Part shown: piece by piece, positions 59,258-64,000 of the stretch
Layout: each line of letters starts with the position of its first letter
How positions within the stretch are numbered: the first letter of the stretch is position 1
Origin: Acidobacteriota bacterium
Lineage (GTDB): Bacteria > Acidobacteriota > UBA6911 > RPQK01 > JAJDTT01
Direction: 5' to 3'
Assembly: GCA_965219855.1 (NCBI GenBank)
Contig: CBDCOR010000022.1
Coordinates: 835,826 to 899,825 of the forward strand
DNA: 64,000 nucleotides
The notes under the pieces: model-generated
The model's database searches: none
The model's input: the letters and a program-made list of their open reading frames with translations, nothing else
What the model was told of the DNA's origin: nothing
Position numbers and translations under genes: made by a program

Positions 59258-60736
59258 TTAGGCGAGGAGCTGGTGGGCTACATTACCTGCTACGTCGGTC
59301 AGGCGAAAATCCCTACCCTGGTAACGATAGGTGAGCCGCTCATGGTCCAGACCCAGGCAATGAAGAATCGTGGCGTGAAAATCATGGACGTGGATCTTGT
59401 CCTCCACAATGTTCAAACCCAGATCATCCGTCTGGCCCACGATCTGTCCACCCTGGATCCCGCCACCCGCCATCCAGAGCGTGAAAGCGAAGGGTTGGTG
59501 GTCACGTCCTCGATTGTCGCCGTCGACGACCTTGCTGCGCTCAACCATGGGAGTACGTCCAAATTCGCCTCCCCAGATGACCAGCGTTTCGTCCAACATG
59601 CCTCTCTGCTTTAGATCCTTCAAGAGTGCTGCGGTAGGCTGATCGGTCATCTCGCAGTTGCTCTTCAATCGCTTGTTGAGCTCGGTGTGATCGTCCCAGC
59701 TGGAATGGTTAAGCTGCACGAATCGGACTCCCCTCTCCACCAATCTGCGGGCCAGCAGACAATTGATTGCAAACTGATTCGAATTCGTCTTTCTGGCGGT
59801 GGCATAAGAATTCGGCTGATTATTTACACCATACAGGTCCTGGATGTGCTCGGGTTCCTGGGAAAGGTCCAACAGCTTCGGAGCTGCGCTCTGCATGCGA
59901 AAGGCCAGTTCATAGGAGGCAATTCGGGAGGCAATCTCGATGTCGCCGACGTCGGCGAAGTGTTTCTGGTTGAGGTCACGAAGCGCGTCGAGTCTGGCCC
60001 GTTGACTGTTTTCGCTGATTCCTTCCGGATTGGAAAGGTAGAGCACCGGGTCTCCGCCACTTCGGAAGGGCACGCCCTGATAACTGGAGGGAAGAAAGCC
60101 ACTGGACCAGGCCTTGCCCCCAGAATGGGTTGGATCTCCCGAGCTCAACACGACGAAGCCGGGCAGGTTCTGGGACTGGCTGCCCAGACCGTAGGTGACC
60201 CAGGACCCCATGGCTGGCCGACCGGCAAGTGGTGCCCCGCAGCTGAACATCAACTGGCCCGGATGGTGGTTGAATTGATCCGTATACATGGAGCGGATCA
60301 TGCAGATATCATCGGCGCATTTTGCGGTGTGGGGCAGCAGGTCCGAAAATTCCATCCCGCACTCTCCATAGCGCCGGAATTTTCGCTGACTGGCCCAGAT
60401 CTCAGCCGTGGGTTTGATGAAGGCCAGCTTCAGGTCTTTGGTCATGGACGGGGGAAGAGGGGATCCCTCCCACTTCTTCAGCTCCGGTTTGGGATCGAAC
60501 AGATCGACCTGACTGGGCGCTCCCGCCATGAACAGGAAGATCACGTTCTTGGCGGTGGCTGGAAAGTGTGGAGTTCTGGGATGCAGGGGATTGAGCTGCG
60601 GGAGTTCAGTCGAGAGTCTACCCGCAAGGCCCTCCTGGGAGAGCAAGTTCCAGAGAGCGAGCAGACCCACTCCTCCTGCACACTGTTCAAAGAAGTGCCG
60701 ACGCGTCTGGATCTGTCTGAATTCCTGTAGATTCAC
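59258..60736 (-). CDS. DUF1501-family protein (sulfatase-like), TAT-secreted.
   Basis: RRHFFEQCAGGVGLLAL twin-arginine signal. The family-typical length. Confidence 0.8.
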   Translation of the reverse strand: MNLQEFRQIQTRRHFFEQCAGGVGLLALWNLLSQEGLAGRLSTELPQLNPLHPRTPHFPATAKNVIFLFMAGAPSQVDLFDPKPELKKWEGSPLPPSMTKDLKLAFIKPTAEIWASQRKFRRYGECGMEFSDLLPHTAKCADDICMIRSMYTDQFNHHPGQLMFSCGAPLAGRPAMGSWVTYGLGSQSQNLPGFVVLSSGDPTHSGGKAWSSGFLPSSYQGVPFRSGGDPVLYLSNPEGISENSQRARLDALRDLNQKHFADVGDIEIASRIASYELAFRMQSAAPKLLDLSQEPEHIQDLYGVNNQPNSYATARKTNSNQFAINCLLARRLVERGVRFVQLNHSSWDDHTELNKRLKSNCEMTDQPTAALLKDLKQRGMLDETLVIWGGEFGRTPMVERSKVVDGDNRGRDHQPFAFTLWMAGGGIQGGQIVGQTDDLGLNIVEDKIHVHDFHATILHCLGLDHERLTYRYQGRDFRLTDVAGNVAHQLLA

Positions 60737-60740
60737 TTAG

Positions 60741-63061
60741 TCACTCCCTGGTGATGAACTCCTCGAGATTCAAAAAGACGCTGCTGACGCCGACCCAGGC
60801 GGCGGCCGAGGCTGGGTCCGTTCTGTCGAGAATCTCCGGAGGAAGCACCTTCGCGATCGACGTTGGCTCCTGTTGCAGGATCTCCCGCTGCTGCTCGTAG
60901 TATTTCACCAGGCGATCCACTTCAGTGGCATCTGGCTCCCGCGCCAGACAAACCCGAAAGCCGTATTCTACCCGCTTTTGCGCTGAACCCGATTCTTCCT
61001 CTTGTAGGCGGACCGCAAGCGCCTTCGCGGCCTCGAAAAAGACGGGATCGTTGAGCAGGTTCAGGGCCTGTAGGGCAGTGGTAGATCGCTCACGCCGCGT
61101 ACACGATTCCTGAGCGTCGGGCGCGTCGAAAACCATCAGCTGCGGATAGGGGGCAGTACGCTTGGCCAGAACATAGAGTCCGCGCCGGTAGCGCTCCTTC
61201 CCCTTGCTCTCTGCGAACCCGTGGAAACGATGTCCCAGATCGGCGAGGTTCTGGGGCAGCGGCGGCAGGACACTCTCGCCGCCAACCACAGGGTTGAGAA
61301 GATTGCTGGCTGCCAGAGCTGCATCACGAATCAGCTCTGCCGGAAGACGTAGGCGAGATTGACGAGCCAGCAAGCGGTTGGCCGGATCCCGCTGCTGCAG
61401 GTCGTCCCTCTGCTTGGACGCTTGCCGGTAGGTGGCAGATTCCACGATGAACCGATGCATCCGCTTGACATCCCATCCCGAGGTCATGAATTCGGTGGCT
61501 AACCAGTCGAGGAGCTTGGGGTGGCTCGGCCGCTCGCCTCGGATTCCAAAGTCTCCCGCCGTGGAGACCAGACCGGTGCCGAAGAACTCCTGCCACATAC
61601 GGTTTACAGCAACCCGAGCGGTCAGGGGATTGTCCTCCGATACCAGCCATTGGGCCAGTTCCAGACGAGTGGGATTAGCACGGGAGGGCAGGGGATGCAG
61701 AATTGCCGGTGTTCCCGGTCGTACCTCGATTCCCGGATTGCGGAAATCGCCTCGCAACTGCAGATGCGTGGTCCGTGGATGGGGATGGGGAATCAGCGTC
61801 TGGGCTTCACTTAGCGACGGGAACTCGGCCCTCAGTTTGGCCAGCTCCTGGTTCAGCTCTTTGAGACCCAGTTCCTCATACCGTTCTTTGTCGACCACGT
61901 GATTGTAGGAACGAACGAAGTAGTCTGTCAGTCGGTCTTTCTGTTTTTGAGTTCGTTGAGAAGGATCTCCTGCCCGCCGTCGAACAACCATCCCACTTTT
62001 CGCCAGGCTAGTGTCCAGATGAGATCCACCTTGGAACTGCTGGCGGCCTCGAGTAACTTGGCTTCCCATTCGGTTTGCAGGGCGACGGCAGGAACCTGAT
62101 CCAGGAGCTTGCGTCTGCGTCTCTGGTATTCGGGCCTCTGCCGGAGGTAGGGGCCCATTTCGCCGGGGAGCGGGGCCTCGATATTGACCTCTTTGTCTCC
62201 ATTGAAGAAAGTGTAAAGCCGGTAGTACTCCCGTTGGGAAATCGGGTCGTATTCGTGATCGTGGCACTGGGCACAGCCGACGGTCAGACCGAGCCAGATG
62301 GCTCCTACAGTGTTGGTACGATCGACGATCTGCTTGACTCGAAATTCCTCTCGGTCGGTTCCGGTTTCGCGCTGCGTCAGTGTGTTGCGATGGAAGCCGG
62401 TGGCTACCCGCTGCTCCACGGTGGCGTTGGGTAATAGATCGCCGGCCATCTGCTGAATCGTGAACTGATCGAAGGGCAGGTTGCGGTTGAGCGCCTGGAT
62501 GACCCAGTGGCGATAACGCCAGGCATGAGGTCTGGGGCCGTCATTGTATCCGTCACTATCCGCATACCGGGCCAGATCCAGCCAATGCCGCGCCCACTTC
62601 TCTCCGTAGTGTGTCGAAGAAAGAAGATGGGTGACCAGGCGCTCATAAGCATCTGGTCGATGATCGGCCAGGAAGGCTTCGAGTTCCTCTGGCGGCGGCG
62701 GCAGCCCAATCAGGTCCAGGTAGAGCCGGCGAATCAGGGTGGATCGTTCGGCTTCCGGTGAGGGAGTAGTTCCTTCGCTTTCAAGACGAGCAAGGATGAA
62801 CGAGTCGATGGGGTTGCGAACAGAGGCGCGGAGCATGACGTGGGGTAATTCAGGTCGCTCCGGTGGTAGCAAGGACCAATGCGTCTGCTGTTTCGAAGCT
62901 GCTTCTGTCGGTGATGGTGGGTTCTGAGTCAGATCCTGTGCGAGTGTTGGTGAGAACAGCAGGGTCAGGGAAGCCAGGAAGATCGCCGACTTTCGAGGAG
63001 GAACGGAAGTGGTTTGAGCGGGCGGTTGTTGGCTTTCCGGTCCCTTCAGAGTTGCGGCCAT
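60741..63061 (-). CDS. DUF1549 + DUF1553 (PSD1-type) protein interrupted by a frameshift.
   Basis: The N-terminal ORF (61928-63061) is DUF1549-like. The C-terminal ORF (60741-62267) is DUF1553-like. The frame switch is at a run of five A residues (CTCAAAAACAGAAAGACC) near 61945. Confidence 0.7.
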
Positions 63062-63318
63062 AGGGAGGAAGATCCTGTCAAGGTCTTGGAGAGCTAAGAT
63101 TAAGACAGGACCGTTTCCGCTGTTAAGGACATGCAGGGACCTGTCTGAGTGGCCAGACTTGAAATTTTCTTCGCCTGGAAGTTATAGTTTTGCCCCTGAT
63201 TTCGGGAGACTGGACCTCATCTAACGCAGGTTGATTGTTCGGGTAGTGACGGTTGCAGGATCGCACCAGTTAGGATCGGCCGTCAGATTTTCGAAGCAGC
63301 CTGAAGCAAGGAGCATCC

Positions 63319-63783
63319 ATGAATGCAGAAGAGCGCGTAAAAGAACTCAAGCTTGAACTACCTCCCGCACCTAGCCCGATGGCAACCTACCGTCCTTCGG
63401 TACGGGTCGGCGATATTCTCTACGTGTCGGGTACGGGGCCGTTTCGACACGATGGCAGCGTGATCAAGGGCAAGGTTGGAGTCGATCTCACCGTCGAGGA
63501 GGCGTATGAGGCAGCTAGACTGGTTGGCCTCAATGTCTTGAGTACGATGCGAGCGGCTCTAGGTAGCCTGGATAAGGTCGTGAGAATCGTCAAGGTGTTG
63601 GGATTCGTCAACGCCACCCCGGACTTCGAGGAACAGCCACAGGTCATCAATGGATTCAGCGACCTTATGGTCGAAGTCTTCGGAGAGGAGACCGGCAAGG
63701 GAGGCCGCAGCGCCGTCGGGATGGGGTCGCTTCCGCAAAACATCCCGGTTGAAGTCGAGGCGATCTTCGAAGTCACCGACTAA
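63319..63783 (+). CDS. RidA/YjgF-family protein.
   Basis: 154 aa with a chorismate-mutase-like fold signature ...VKVLGFVNATPDFEEQPQVINGFSDLMVEVFG.... Confidence 0.8.
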   Translation: MNAEERVKELKLELPPAPSPMATYRPSVRVGDILYVSGTGPFRHDGSVIKGKVGVDLTVEEAYEAARLVGLNVLSTMRAALGSLDKVVRIVKVLGFVNATPDFEEQPQVINGFSDLMVEVFGEETGKGGRSAVGMGSLPQNIPVEVEAIFEVTD

Positions 63784-63786
63784 GTA

Positions 63787-64000
63787 CACTGGAACGTAAA
63801 TACGGCAACGTTTGTGGCGAGCGCGACGGGTCGAGTTCACGAAGCGACGACGAACGCCATGTCTTTCTATAGTGGAGGAGGAGCGACAAAGAAATCGGCG
63901 CGTCCCGTCGCCACCCGTAGGGCAGATAGGGGTTGCGGACGATCTCTGCGTTGGTCGTCGTCGAAGATGGCCAAGCATCGTCTTCCTCCTCCTGCCTTGA
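63787..64000. repeat. MITE family 3, second copy in inverted orientation, truncated by the window edge.
   Basis: It starts with the same 28-nt terminal repeat and then follows the reverse complement of 55559-55825. Confidence 0.55.

Noticed and set aside
1-64000. A CRISPR array or tandem direct-repeat array.
   Set aside because: No regularly spaced short direct repeats were seen. The repeats present are palindromic dispersed elements.

Overview
This 64 kb window has about 58-62% GC. It looks like an Acidobacteriota-type genome, though Planctomycetota or Verrucomicrobiota are also possible. The lineage guess rests on a PSD1-type DUF1549/DUF1553 + DUF1501 pair, Oar-like TonB receptor remnants, FG-GAP/ASPIC-like propellers, ISAzo13-type and IS1634-type transposases, and many Sec/TAT-secreted enzymes.

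The window is a mobile-element hotspot laid over ordinary housekeeping and secreted-enzyme genes.
- It contains one intact IS21-family element (istAB with a 6-bp duplication), an IS1595-family transposase, a 3'-truncated ISAzo13-type transposase, two ~99%-identical IS1380-family copies and two ~99%-identical IS1634-family copies.
- In each of the IS1380 and IS1634 pairs one copy is intact and the other frameshifted.
- It also carries at least four families of small palindromic non-coding repeats (MITE- or REP-like). Three of these insert at YTAG tetranucleotides, often exactly on stop codons.
- IS1380 copy A is nested inside a MITE.
- IS1634 copy 1 interrupts a class-III aminotransferase gene.
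- The 33-39.3 kb interval is a patchwork of gene fragments: a truncated transposase, a type I RM methylase stub, a TonB-receptor fragment and a kinase-like paralog fragment.
- Other cargo: an MsbA-like ABC exporter, an extra FabI, TerB, an MFS transporter and a VapBC module.
- Further cargo: a Fur-family regulator fused to a rubrerythrin-like domain, a secreted PI3K/PI4K-fold atypical kinase, and a PLP-decarboxylase + N,N-dimethylformamidase-large-subunit-like pair.
- The 12.9-16.9 kb block is AT-richer, reads as foreign, and holds orphan membrane proteins.

All calls rest on reading the translations and the repeat structure by eye. No database searches were run.
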